A stretch of DNA of 63,753 nucleotides, the filler included, from Octopus bimaculoides (taxonomy: Eukaryota), in assembly GCF_001194135.2 (NCBI RefSeq). It is 4 parts of 4 records of this genome, joined end to end, with 100 filler letters (N's around TTAATTAATTAA, not from the genome) between each part and the next. Parts side by side here need not be neighbours in the genome. Positions count along the whole stretch, not along the records: positions 16,376 to 32,294 come from NC_068988.1; positions 32,395 to 60,060 come from NC_068989.1; 2 more parts are not named here. One strand, written 5' to 3'. Both the position numbers and the translations under genes were made by a program. The notes beneath the pieces are model-generated. The model made no database searches. It saw only the letters and a program-made list of their open reading frames with translations, and was not told where the DNA came from. This document shows, one piece after another, positions 22,681 to 36,055 of the stretch (position 1 is the stretch's first letter; every line of letters begins with the position of its first letter).

Positions 22681-24067
22681 ACTATTTTTCACTATATCAC
22701 CCTTTCACACAGATCACTTCGCTCCCCCCCGTCTTCCTCTTTTTCTGTCTCTCTCTTGCCCTGTATCACTTTCTTTCTAGCCGTCTATGATTCACAACAA
22801 GTATTCAAACAAAACATTGCAGAAAATACACTGAGAGAAGGGTTTACAGCATAAAACTATATTTCAATGCCAGTGAGACTTTTAACTCGTAAATTGACAA
22901 TCTTTCTATATATACGAAAACAAATACTAACAAAACAAAGTATCAATTTCGAACGTACCGTAATATATCAAATGAAACACTTTTACATTAGTATTGTTTT
23001 TCTTACATATCACAATTTCGTTGTCACGTCTATGTGTTTGATAAGTTTACTGCGAAACTGTTTTGTACCGTGATAGATTTTCATACACGTTAATTTAAGC
23101 AATGTTTCTTTTTTTTTACCTTGAACTCACGTCCGTCAACGATTTGTAAGAGAAAATTAAGACAAAAATTATGTGGAAGACTCTCAGAACTGCCTCTCTG
23201 TCCCTCTCTCTCTGTCTCTCATACCCCTTACCTCTCTCCCCTACCCTCTTTGCCTCTCCCTCTCCACCTCTCTTTCTCATGAATACGCTTGAGCTAGTTG
23301 CTAGAATATTTGATCTTCGTTTGTGAGTCAAATACCCGATGCATACACGCGCGCGCGCGTGTCTACGTGTGTGTCTGTATGTGTACGTATATATACACGT
23401 TTATGTCGGTGATTTGGGGTGTGAATGTGAATGTGAGTGCGCGTTAACTTTGACATGAGATGAAGGTACATTTCTCTTCACCAAAGAATACTGCTTTGCG
23501 GCATATAGTTCTGTCCGAGTTATCTCCATTTAGACTAACATCTACATACCTTTAGTGCTTAATGAAATCAGTCACTTATATACTAATGTACAATGATTGG
23601 TGCAATCGATTAAAACTATTAAAGGATTCATGACCGCAGTCAAATCAAATAATATTAGAGAGAATATATCGTGTATTGCAACATTCCTGTATTTATTAAG
23701 TTGCTGCTGTCACGTTAAGCCAATAATTTTGCTATGCTTCCTAATTAGAATGAAATTATATAAATTTACAGAGGAGCATTTCAATATGTTCCTTTATATG
23801 GTTTGAGATATTTGACACAGTACTGATCAAAAATTGAATAAAAGACCTAATATATTTAGTGACCTTAAAGACTTACCCTATGCAGGTGCAATGATGGCAG
23901 TGTGGTTAATATGTTGCTTTGCAAGAGAATGAAATTTCTTTTGTTCGATCCTTGTACGAAATTTCTTGTGTTCGATCTTGTATAACAGCCCGTCGTCAAT
24001 TGAGTAAAATTTGATATGCAGAAACTCAATATGCGTGCGCACACAGACAGACAGAGAGAGAGAGAGA

Positions 24068-24132
<65 letters not shown>

Positions 24133-24394
24133 AGACCCTCCACACGCACACAATCAATCAGATACGTACATAAAGCAATACCAACCCATTCACGCAAACA
24201 CATACGAACATACATATCAACACCAACGCACTCATCCACTTATCATCTCACCTCTCACCGTCAAATCTAACTGCATCTGCTAACTTGTCTGGTACCACTT
24301 CCTTAAGTACACATCACATATTCACACACACACACACACACAATCACACACACAATCACACACACACATACGTATATATACGTATATTTATAGA

Positions 24395-25340
24395 CTTTAT
24401 TGAATCAAGCATGTTTTTCGCTGCCACAAGAGGGTAAAGAACGATAGAGAGACAGGAGTCGATGACGGATAAGGGAGGGAGCGGGATAGTAGCACATCAA
24501 GGCTAGTTGAAAACATTCACAGTTTTCCGGGTGAAGTTGGCCATGTGTGTATATGGACATGAACGTGCAGTTTGTACTTGTAGCAACTGTACATAGAATT
24601 ATTCATGAAGGTCGTATCATGCACAAATTTGTGAAAAGATTGTATCTAGTAAGCTCTGTGACGTAAAGAAGTAAAGAGAAGAGGATGACCGCAGAGAGAT
24701 GGTTGAGCTCATTCCTTCTAATCCAAGATTATTTAAATAATCTTGGATTTAAATGAGTTGTGATGAAAGCTGGATCTACTGCTACTGCTATGATGCAGAG
24801 GTCAAAAGACATATTATCCAATGTCAACATCCCTGATTCCTTCAGATCCAAGAAGGCCCGACACCTCTGTCCACTTGGAGGTTCATAATGACCCTCTTTT
24901 TCGACAGCAAGGACGTCATTTACATCCACGGTGCGGTCAATAAAAAGTTGTTTGTGGAGATATTCAGTGAGTTCAGAAATAGATTACGTTGCACAATGGG
25001 AGATGCCACCCAATCGGGTCGGTGGTGCCTGCACCAGGCTAGTGTACCTGTTCAGAATTCCATCCTAGCAACCAATCCCTTGACAGAGACTGGCATCAAA
25101 TTTTTCCCGGTAATCTCCCTACAATATAGCCTTGCTTCATATGACTTTTGTTTGCTCCTCAAGCTGAAGGAGAACCCCTCAGGTTCAGTCATTTTGAAGA
25201 AATTGAGAAGAGGAAGGCGGCTATGACAAGGGTCCTGGATACCTTCATTTTGGATGTCTTCCGCGGGGACTTCACAAAGTAAGAGGAGCGCTGTAACAGG
25301 TGCACAGAAATCAGAGATGCTTTCAAACAGAAATATCTGA
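24395..25340 (-). mobile_element. Probable 3' portion of a degenerate non-LTR retrotransposon (family not determined)
   Basis: Non-microsatellite body with broken ORFs (25052-25345, 24729-24929); ends on the minus strand in ccctcttgtggc...aataaag, like the other LINE tails here. Confidence 0.4.
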
Positions 25341-25434
25341 TGCATTTTCCGAAGCTTATATACTCATATAAATTTCATCTGTGAGTTAATATAAATATAG
25401 CAAAAATATCTATGTATATGTATACGTATACACA

Positions 25435-25502
<68 letters not shown>

Positions 25503-25908
25503 AGTGTATGTGTGTGTGCATATTTGTACACATAAAAATGCATACGTGTACACACATATATACACAGTTTTTCGTAATGATACGTACAACGTAATTCTCA
25601 CCTTACATTAGAACAGTAAGGAATTCTGCAATAAGACTGAGTTAGAGTGGACATACTGCATCCGAAGGTATTCGTGCCGGAAATTAAGTAATATAATACC
25701 TATGGTATTATTTGAAAAACTTAAGAACGTTCGATTGATTATCGATACCACCGCTGGTACGATTAATGAAAAATGGACTAAGATGATTATATTGGAAGTT
25801 CAGTTATTTGAGTGAAATTCAACGTCTTTTTCTGTTATGACACACTAGATCAATCATATGACGAATTTTACTCTGTCTTTTATTGTATCTCACTCCTTTT
25901 CCTCCTCT

Positions 25909-25943
<35 letters not shown>

Positions 25944-26719
25944 NNNNNNNNNNNNNNNNNNNNNNNNNNNNNNNNNNNNNNNNNNNNNNNNNNNNNNNNN
26001 NNNNNNNNNNNNNNNNNNNNNNNNNNNNNNNNNNNNNNNNNNNNNNNNNNNNNNNNNNNNNNNNNNNNNNNNNNNNNNNNNNNNNNNNNNNNNNNNNNNN
26101 NNNNNNNNNNNNNNNNNNNNNNNNNNNNNNNNNNNNNNNNNNNNNNNNNNNNNNNNNNNNNNNNNNNNNNNNNNNNNNNNNNNNNNNNNNNNNNNNNNNN
26201 NNNNNNNNNNNNNNNNNNNNNNNNNNNNNNNNNNNNNNNNNNNNNNNNNNNNNNNNNNNNNNNNNNNNNNNNNNNNNNNNNNNNNNNNNNNNNNNNNNNN
26301 NNNNNNNNNNNNNNGCTGGTGAAAAAGTTATCTATAATACATTTATGAGTTAGTTGAAAGAGGTCATGAGTTCAATTTGCTTTCTTGGCTTTAGGGAAAA
26401 AAGATACCTGTGAGGGCTTATTTGAAATGTTCTTTGACATTTTGAATCTGTATGTATGTATGTATGTATCTGTACACTATCTCCCACATACTCCACCTCT
26501 ACCTACACACATACCCCACATAACCCCACCCTCAGCCTAACTCACACCCCACCCATGCTTTCCCCACTATCGCTCCCCCATCTCCCAAAACCATCACATC
26601 ACACCACGCTACACCATATCACACAACTCATCACTTCACAACACACCACCACGCACGCACCAGCACTGACCAATTCCCATCCCCACATTTTCACACCTTA
26701 TCTTTTAAGTTGCAGTCCC

Positions 26720-27700
26720 TCAGATTAGATTCGACACTGTGGTTGTTTGTAATAATGCTCGTTTTATGCTAATTAATAAATGAGCCTAAGTTTTTGCGAC
26801 AAGAAAAGATAATCTTCAGTGTTCTCCTATTTAAAAATCCTATAGCTCTTATGGCTAGATTGAAAATGTTTAGAAACTAATTTTAAGAATTTCCGACCTA
26901 TATTAAATTTTATGGCAATATTAAATAATCTACGTTATGAAGTTTACTTTCTATCGAAATTCGTACGCTCATTCGTTGGAAGAAAGTAATCAGATTCTTT
27001 CTAAGTTTATCTAACTCATAGCCGTTTAAAATATGGATGACTATAAGACCGTCATCCCTGTATAATCCTGCAACTATGAAAGGAAATTCCAGATGCAGAT
27101 TATGAAAAATATAAGTTCCTATAACTATACACAACTCTGCCCCATCATATGCCGCCATCGAAAATAGAATCCTCACTCTTTTTGACACAGGTGAAATCAT
27201 CGTAAAAAAAAGAAGGAATTTCCTTGCATGCAAGATAATATCTATATCCGAGCTATCGATGGTGACATATGCTTGGCGAAGTCTAATGTCTTTAGAAGCA
27301 AAGGCCTAGATATTAACGGGTAAAAATCGACAATATCAAACTGCGTACGTTTGCAGTTATGCTTATAGCTAATCCCTTTGAACCGATATATCACTAACTT
27401 GCTATTTTTCCAACTCCGTAAATTTAATTCACTATTTAACTTGCTTAAAATACGATCTAAAATATATTTGCTAATAATGCCTATTTCAGTTTTAGCTAGA
27501 TTAATTAGTCTACATTTAGGGTTTATATTGAAATTAGCTTTATAGTCTTTCATGGTAATAAAAGGTTGGCGTGGGGAGAGATATTCTATCCTATCACTAA
27601 CTTTAAGGTTGTTAGCAGTTCTTCTTGCCCCCAAATTCATCTCTTTATATAAATTTGTGTTTATGTTTTTGTAGGTGTCCGTGACGCTGTTCGATCTATT
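26720..27700 (-). mobile_element. Penelope-like element reverse transcriptase (Naiad/Chlamys-like), frameshifted
   Basis: PFITMKDYKANFNINPKCRLINLAKTEIG, QFDIVDFYP, MAAYDGAELC, GLYRDDGL, then GRKFLKLVSKHF. Confidence 0.85.
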
Positions 27701-28009
27701 ACTATTTCTCTTTTTGATTGGTTTCATATTTTACTTTTTATATTTTTTGTCTTTATTTTACTTTGAGAATGCGAAGCTTGTAACTATACTTTTTATTGGC
27801 TGGTTTCTATTCTTCAGTATGTGCGTTATATATTTCGAAATGATACACAAAATATTTCCTATACTCTAACATTTACCATTCTATCGTATGGTAATATAGA
27901 AACAACTCGCAGAGAAAAAAAGTGGTATTCTTGGTGAGAATGTGCATTAATATAGTATAATGTGATTGGCAGTTTCCTCAATAACTTCTTTTGCATTTGT
28001 CCATATTTT

Positions 28010-28350
28010 ATCATTTATTTCTTTCAGCCACTGGACGGCTGTGATATTGGGCTACAAGCTGATGTACTTTAGTCGAATAAATCGATTCATGTATATACGT
28101 TTTAAAGGCTGGTACTTATGCTCTCGGGTTCTTATACTGAACTTCTAAATTAAAGGACGTAACAAAGTAATACTTGTTGTCAAGTGATAGTGCTAGTGGA
28201 CACATATTTACGACGGGCTTCTTTCTACTAAATCCACGACAGAGCTTTGGTCGGCACGGACTTTTTGGAGAGGAACCTTATCCAAAAATTCACGCAAAGG
28301 GTATGAACCTGGAAATATGAAGTTGGGAAGCAAACACACATCATATTACA
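28010..28350 (-). mobile_element. SINE family A, diverged
   Basis: tttcagccactggacggctg...acgacgggcttctttctactaaatccacga. Confidence 0.6.
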
Positions 28351-28859
28351 AAGCCATGCTATTGTCTGAATCTATTCACTTTTCCATTTTGATAACGTCA
28401 AAATATTTTGCCACGCGCATGAACCTACAAGCTGGCAAATCGTTGGCTCCTTAAACATCTTCCCATTAAAAATATCTTTCACAAATCAGCAGCCTATTTT
28501 AATTGTAACCTGGTTATAGCATGTCTTTAAAGATATACTATTCAATATAATTCTCAACCCCTTTCCAGATTAAGAATTACATTTAACCCAGAAAGTTATC
28601 TGGTTTGCCCTTCCTTTATTTATAAACTGTTATAGGTAAAGAAGATTTCTGAATTTGATACATCAATCTTTGCAAGCAACTTGGATTATGAAACCAATTT
28701 TAATAGAAACTGTTGAAATACTATGTGAGATAGGATACTGAACGAAATGAATTATTATCAGCCAGCAAACTTAATGCATCTATAGTTCATACGTGTATTT
28801 GCAAGCGTAGATAATTGGTCACATATCCGATTACCCACGCGTGCAACACGTATGCATAA

Positions 28860-29140
28860 GTGAATATAGTTGAAGCAAGCTCTAAAAAGAAGAAAGGAAC
28901 AGCGGGCATGGAACAAATATCTGAATGATTAAAGTATCATTAAAATTATACAAGCTATAGTGAGAAAGATGAAAAAGACATCTAAAGCTTAATGTAAATA
29001 TGCTTGGAAGCTCAAAGAGAACAACGTGGACTACGCAATTAAATGAAGTATTAGAGAACAAAGCAGGCTAGGCTATGTAAGAATGGAACAGAAAGATGCC
29101 TTTTGTGCACTGCAGAGAAGGATAATTTATTGCAATGTAC
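28860..29140 (+). mobile_element. Penelope-like GIY-YIG endonuclease C-terminal fragment
   Basis: KYAWKLKENNVDYAIK*SI...NGTERCLLCTAEK matches the PLE motif SKYIWxLK...IKWSI...RCxLCxxEK. Confidence 0.65.
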
Positions 29141-29889
29141 AATATATACTAACACTAATTGATTGTACTTTCATACAGAATGTTCCCATCATAGCAGATA
29201 TATTTTAATTTATTGTAACTGGGTTTCGCCCGATCTTTTTCCAAAATTACTTTTATTACATATGTTGTCTAATTCTTTCATCAACCGCGGAACCTATATT
29301 GTTTCGCCTTTATTATTTCACTAATTTGTATTTATTTACCTTACTCCTAATACTGCTAGATATAAATTGATACGCCACACACAAACAATTTCGCAAAAGC
29401 AAATCACGAACACATAGGACATTAACTAGAGGAGCATAGAAGTATCAAACAGGATATTAGTTATGCCATGGGTAGCAATTAGTGAACCGTAGACAATATA
29501 ATATAGAGGGGCTTCATAAAAACAATGTAAGCGATATAAAATTAAAGGCGTACTAAAAACAAACAGGATATGGAACAATGTGGTAAATATAGAAAATTAC
29601 CAAACTGGATATCGTAAACAGAGCAATGACGCGCAAACTGATATACAGAAAAATTAAAATATAAAGTAACATCGACAAGCAAGAGCAAATACGACCAATG
29701 AAAAGTGTAGAAAGAACGAGTTAAGCAAATACAAATGATAGATCAGACAGAGTTAACACCCATAAAGAAGCAAAACCTGGAAACCGACCAATTTAAATGA
29801 TGGCCATAGATTAAAGCACGAAACACTCACTAATACAGGTACACATACATACGCGCACACACAGACACAAACACAGACACAGACAGACA

Positions 29890-29941
<52 letters not shown>

Positions 29942-30329
29942 GACTCACACATACCGACACACATACGAAGTCACCACAGGAATTAAAAGCGAACTTCTCA
30001 CCTGATAATCGCAGTGTTGTGAAAGTCAATATGTGAGTTTATATATCCCTCGGATATGCAAACACCTTTTGCTACAGAAACAGATCAATGAACATTTTTT
30101 ATTAGTCAAAATATGTGACAACAGACTGGATTATGAATGACGTTATCTGGTCGGAAAGAAGTTGCGTTTCTGCATCACTGTTCGTCCTTAGCTGCGAATT
30201 CCTAATTATTCATCACATTCATATACAATGAGAGTCGCTTTTTTAAAAAAAAGTAAATAATAGTACGTTTATGTATGTGTTTTGCAAGATCCTTGGTGTG
30301 ATTATATTTTGCCAATTAAACACCCGCAC

Positions 30330-31440
30330 TATATGTTGGGTCTAAAGACAAAATGGAGAAAGCAACGCAAAAGGAGAGAAGTGGAATAAAGTGTACTTGA
30401 ATAGGTTTCAGGATGTATGACGGAGCTTTGACAAGACAACAACCATACCACAACCAGCACCAGCACTAGCCCCAGCACCAACACCAAGACTACCACCAGC
30501 ACCAACACCAGCACTACCAGCACCAGCAGCACCAGCACCAGCACCAGCACCAGTAAAACAACTGAAATCCAAACTAAAACTGGAACAGCAACGCATCATG
30601 ATAAAACGATGGCAAGAATAACCCATACATGGCAAATATTTGCTTAAACTGAACGGGAAAGAAATAGACAAAACAAAATCTTAACAATGTCTGAAATCTC
30701 AGGACTCAAATCACAGACTGAGGGATTTTTAACTCCAGCACAAGATCAAAGCCCCGATACCAGAAATCACCCACAAACACATAATGAAAAGAAATACAAA
30801 TAACTGTCGAATATATGGTGATAGAGAAGAAACAATAAACCATATTGTCTCTGGTTCTCCAGTCCTTGCTAAGAAGGAATATATTCACAGACACGATTGA
30901 GTTGGGACCTTTATACACTGAAGGTTATGACGACACTATGGAATAAAAACAGAAAAAAGATGGTATAGGCATACGCCAGAAAAGGTCACAGAAAATGAGA
31001 AAGCTACCATACTCTGGGATATGCCAATACACAGACAGAGATATGAAGGCTGATAGACCGGATATAGTTGTCAGGGGAAAAAATACTTTCTAATTGATGT
31101 ATCAATACCGAGAGATGACAACGTTTCTCTAAAACAAACGGAGAAAATTTCAAAATACAAACACCTGGAAATAGAGGTAATTCGAATGTGGAGCCTAAAA
31201 ACAAAAAAAAATTCCTATTATAGTTGGTGCATTATGTATGATAAAAAAGATGCAAACAAATACGTAACAAAAACACTAGAACTCACAAGTATATATGATA
31301 TACAGAAAATAACATACATCCTACGTAAAACACTTTCAATACAATGAAAGTAGGAGCGCCCTAAGAAACCACAGCACATACCGAAGGCACACAGAGCTGC
31401 ACGTGTAGTTAAAACACCTAATAAAAATAAGACTACTAAA
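30330..31440 (+). mobile_element. R4/Dong-type (RLE) non-LTR retrotransposon, 3' part with UTR
   Basis: CRIYGDREETINHIVSG...YIHRHD, ILWDMPIHTD..ADRPDIVV, LIDVSIPRDDNV, EKISKYKHLEIEVIRMW, IPIIVGAL: CCHC plus PD-(D/E)xK endonuclease. Confidence 0.85.
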
Positions 31441-31593
31441 GAAGAAGAAGAAGAAGAAGAAGAAGAAGAAGAAGAAGAAGAAGAAGAAGAAGAAGAAGAA
31501 GAAGAAGAAGAAGAAGAAGAAGAAGAAGAAGAAGAAGAAGAAGAAGAAGAAGAAGAAGAAGAAGAAGAAGAAGAAGAAGAAGAAGAAGAAGAA
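31441..31593 (+). repeat. Pure (GAA)51 microsatellite
   Basis: 153 nt of uninterrupted GAA. Confidence 0.98.
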
Positions 31594-31595
31594 GA

Positions 31596-32294
31596 CACCG
31601 GGGAAGTTTAACATGTGAGAACGATAAATTCACTGCTCCGAAACTTATCCAAAAACATCGGAAATAAAGACATCGCATTGAGCCAAAAAATAGCTGACAA
31701 AGGGTTGGACTATATCCGAGTAAGTAATACTCATTGAAATTTATTTCTATTTTTCCAAATATAATGATGTATTTTAACTTGAAACCTCCACTACCCGCAC
31801 AGCGATCGTAAACACACGTGTTACATCAAAACGAAACCATCTTCGAACCCAAACACACCATGTACAAAAAAATTACAAACAGATTAGATAACACCGGTAT
31901 TATTACACCCAAGAATAACAACCGAGAAGTGCGTACTGTAAGCTTGTTACGAAAAAAATACGAAGATCTGAACGTGCAAAACAATCTGACAACAGAAATA
32001 AACGAACCGGTACCTTACGAAAACGATGACCGTCAAAATAAAGGACCGGACGTTGTTCCTCATGTCCCACAAACAAAATCAAAACGGCATAAATGGACAC
32101 GTGAGGAATACATTTCGATACTATACGCCTATTTCACAGCAGTGCTCTACCCATAAAACGAAAACGCAACAACACATACATATAAAATATGGAAGAAAAA
32201 TAATGTAAATATAGACCTCGATAAAACAATGAACCCTAACAAACTAGCTAACATAAGAAGATATATTCTAAAAGCAAAAAAAATATCAGAAATA
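31596..32294 (+). mobile_element. 5' end (UTR plus ORF N-terminus) of an R4/Dong-type element
   Basis: KSKRHKWTREEYISILYAYF...IWKKNN...NKLANIRRYILK resembles the RxKWT...LAxxxRxI N-terminal motif of R4-clade ORFs; runs into the join at 32295. Confidence 0.6.
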
Positions 32295-32394
32295 NNNNNN
32301 NNNNNNNNNNNNNNNNNNNNNNNNNNNNNNNNNNNNNNTTAATTAATTAANNNNNNNNNNNNNNNNNNNNNNNNNNNNNNNNNNNNNNNNNNNN
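32295..32394. other. Artificial scaffold spacer N44-TTAATTAATTAA-N44
   Basis: Same 100-bp structure as 16276. Confidence 0.95.
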
Positions 32395-32609
32395 GATATA
32401 TACACTCACACGCATATACACACAGACAAGCACGCGCACACTCACACACACACATACATGCTCTCTCACACACACACACCCACACACACACAAACACACA
32501 CACACACACACACACACAATAACATGCCCGCACACATACACACGCATAAAACATATACAAACAAGTATACACGCGAATACGTACACTCACATGTATATAC
32601 ACATACACA

Positions 32610-32644
<35 letters not shown>

Positions 32645-33045
32645 TCTTTTATTTGTTTCAGTCATTTGACTGCGGCCATGCTGGAGCACGGCCTATAGTC
32701 GAGCAAACTGACCCCCGGACTTATTTTTTGTAAGCCTAGTACGAATTCTATCGGTGACTTTCGCCGAACTGCTAACTTACAAGCACGTAAACACACCAAC
32801 ATCGGTTGTCAAGCGATGTTGGGGAGACATGCACAGACACGCAAAGACACACTCACATGCATATATATATAAATATATACATATACACGACGGGCTTCTT
32901 TCAGTTTCCGTCTACCAAATCCACTCACAAAGTTTTGGTCGGCCCGTAGCTATAGTAGAAGACACTTGCCCAAGGTGCAACGTAGTGGGACTGAACCCGG
33001 AACCACGTGGTTAGGAAGCAAGTTTCTTACCACACAACCACTCCT
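32645..33045 (-). mobile_element. SINE family A, full length
   Basis: Tail through head present, ending ccacacaaccactcc. Confidence 0.85.
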
Positions 33046-34729
33046 TATATAATATACACACGTAGACATATATACATGCATGTATAATGCAGATATGCAC
33101 ACATAAATAGACGTATAGCTATGCAAAGACATCAGCACAAGCACATATATACACAGATACACATATACGCACAGCTGACATGTTTGTGAATGCGTGTGTG
33201 AATGCGTGTGTATGTGTGTGTGTGTGTGTGCGCGCGCGCGCGTGTACAGGCATTGATATACCTATATATGAATATAACGTGCTTGGATTATATATCCCCA
33301 TTAACCTGCTATATATAAATACTTATATGTATAACAAATACATATGTATGCACATGTACGTATATGAATGTATATATGTATGTATTTATATTTGCGCATG
33401 TCTAAACATTTATCCCCACACATACACTCATACACACACAGGCATACACACATACAAACGCAGACATACACGTATACACAAACAGACATCCACACACACA
33501 TCAATGCGGCGGAACCGCAGTCGTATTGACGCGATAGGCCATTGGTGAGACAACTATATTGACCCGACAAACTTGACATTATCATATATGACAGAGAAAG
33601 TGATGGTGACAGGGGAGGTAACTATGACATTAATACACGCCATATTTGCAGATTGTTGTCTCCGCCCAAGTGTAAACATGTCGCCGGTCTCAACACTGCG
33701 GCCCGGCAACCACCACCAGAGATCAGAGAGCAGAGAACTTGTCTAGCAAGCTTGTGTTTTCACGTCAGAGTGTAAAAAGTTGAAGGTTCGATGTCCTCTC
33801 ATACGTCCACCAACATACACACACATATACATGTATGCATATGCATACATACATCGCATACAGCATTCATACATATATATGCATACACACATAGATATAT
33901 ACATACATACATACATACACGCATACATACATACATATACACATACATACATCGAGCTCAGTAACTAATATATATATATATATATATATANNNNNNNNNN
34001 NNNNNNNNNNNNNNNNNNNNNNNNNNNNNNNNNNNNNNNNNNNNNNNNNNNNNNNNNNNNNNNNNNNNNNNNNNNNNNNNNNNNNNNNNNNNNNNNNNNN
34101 NNNNNNNNNNNNNNNNNNNNNNNNNNNNNNNNNNNNNNNNNNNNNNNNNNNNNNNNNNNNNNNNNNNNNNNNNNNNNNNNNNNNNNNNNNNNNNNNNNNN
34201 NNNNNNNNNNNNNNNNNNNNNNNNNNNNNNNNNNNNNNNNNNNNNNNNNNNNNNNNNNNNNNNNNNNNNNNNNNNNNNNNNNNNNNNNNNNNNNNNNNNN
34301 NNNNNNNNNNNNNNNNNNNNNNNNNNNNNNNNNNNNNNNNNNNNNNNNNNNNNNNNNNNNNNNNNNNNNNNNNNNNNNNNNNNNNNNNNNNNNNNNNNNN
34401 NNNNNNNNNNNNNNNNNNNNNNNNNNNNNNNNNNNNNNNNNNNNNNNNNNNNNNNNNNNNNNNNNNNNNNNNNNNNNNNNNNNNNNNNNNNNNNNNNNNN
34501 NNNNNNNNNNNNNNNNNNNNNNNNNNNNNNNNNNNNNNNNNNNNNNNNNNNNNNNNNNNNNNNNNNNNNNNNNNNNNNNNNNNNNNNNNNNNNNNNNNNN
34601 NNNNNNNNNNNNNNNNNNNNNNNNNNNNNNNNNNNNNNNNNNNNNNNNNNNNNNNNNNNNNNNNNNNNNNNNNNNNNNNNNNNNNNNNNNNNNNNNNNNN
34701 NNNNNNNNNNNNNAACACACCTATGTTTA

Positions 34730-34751
34730 AATAATAATGATGATAATAATA

Positions 34752-34827
<76 letters not shown>

Positions 34828-34850
34828 AATTGATAATAATAATCTAAAAA
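34730..34850 (+). repeat. (AAT)n microsatellite
   Basis: Direct reading; one of many (AAT), (TAG), (GATA), (CA), (TA) and (TACA) tracts across the window. Confidence 0.95.
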
Positions 34851-35175
34851 GTAATTATGATCATTATTCTTATGAGAGATTTAATAACATATTTCAGTTT
34901 TTATTATTGCTTTGAGCATGATTCAAGTTCAACGTCCTTTAATATTTTCATAGAAATATATGCCTCTGTATATTGTCACACATGTACAGACAGACGCATA
35001 CTCACACACGCACAGATAAACACACATGCACACACACACACACACATACACTCAAATACACAGGCACACAGACACACACGCACACACACACACACACACG
35101 CATTGAGGTGTGCACGCTCGTATGCACACACACTCACAAACACAATCATACATTGCAAGGTAGACAGACAGGCAT

Positions 35176-35251
<76 letters not shown>

Positions 35252-35654
35252 CGGTTTATTCTCAAATCACAAATCAAATAATATTCTGATATCAATATAT
35301 CAGTCTGGATAATGCAGAGAATGAACAATATTAAATATGGTGCTTTACCAAATGTCTATAGATCCCAGACCATTTGAAAAAAATATATACAGTGCCGTAC
35401 CCGTTATCCGGTTTAGAGAAATCCGGAATTACCAAAAACCGGTTAAGTTTGAAATTGTTTTTGAACTCGGTTAATTTGCATGAGGTGTATTAAGAACAGT
35501 TTTGTTATTTTCTATTTTATGTGAATTAATAAAGATTAAACACGTTCTGCTTAGGACGTGTTTTAATTTGTACCTGAATCTGTGAAATGAAATCATGCTC
35601 TCTATTTTATTTCGTTTAATTTTCATCTTATAAACAATATGTTGTATTTAAGGA

Positions 35655-36055
35655 GCACTCAGTCGGTTGCGACGGCGAGGGTCCCGGCTGATACGATCAA
35701 CGGAACAGCTTGCTCGTGAAATTAACGTGCAAGTGGCTGAGCACTCCACAGACACGTGTACCCTTAACGTAGTTCTCGGAGGAGATTCAGCGTGACACAA
35801 AGTGTGACAAGGCCGGTCCTTTTGAAATACANNNNNNNNNNTAACGTAGTTCTCGGAGGAGATTCAGCGTGACACAAAGTGTGACAAGGCCGGTCCTTTT
35901 GAAATACAGGTACTACTCATTTTGGCAGTTGAGTGAACTGGGGCAACGTGAAATAAAGTGTCTTGCTCAAGGACACAACGCGTCACCAGGAATTGAACTC
36001 ACGACCTAACGATCGTGAGCCGAATGCCCTAACCACAAAGTCACGCGCCTTCACA
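35655..36055 (-). mobile_element. SINE family C-related copy (different head, shared 3' half)
   Basis: Head on the minus strand gtgaaggcgcgtgactttgtggttagggcattcggctc...gtgagttcaattcc; 3' half shared with family C. Confidence 0.8.

Noticed and set aside
29040-29110. In-frame TGA in the PLE GIY-YIG fragment as selenocysteine
   Set aside because: It falls at the conserved Trp of IKWSI (TGG to TGA decay); the Cys codons are TGC
35766-35910. ~66-bp direct repeat either side of a 10-N gap
   Set aside because: Exact duplication flanking a minimal gap indicates an unmerged contig overlap
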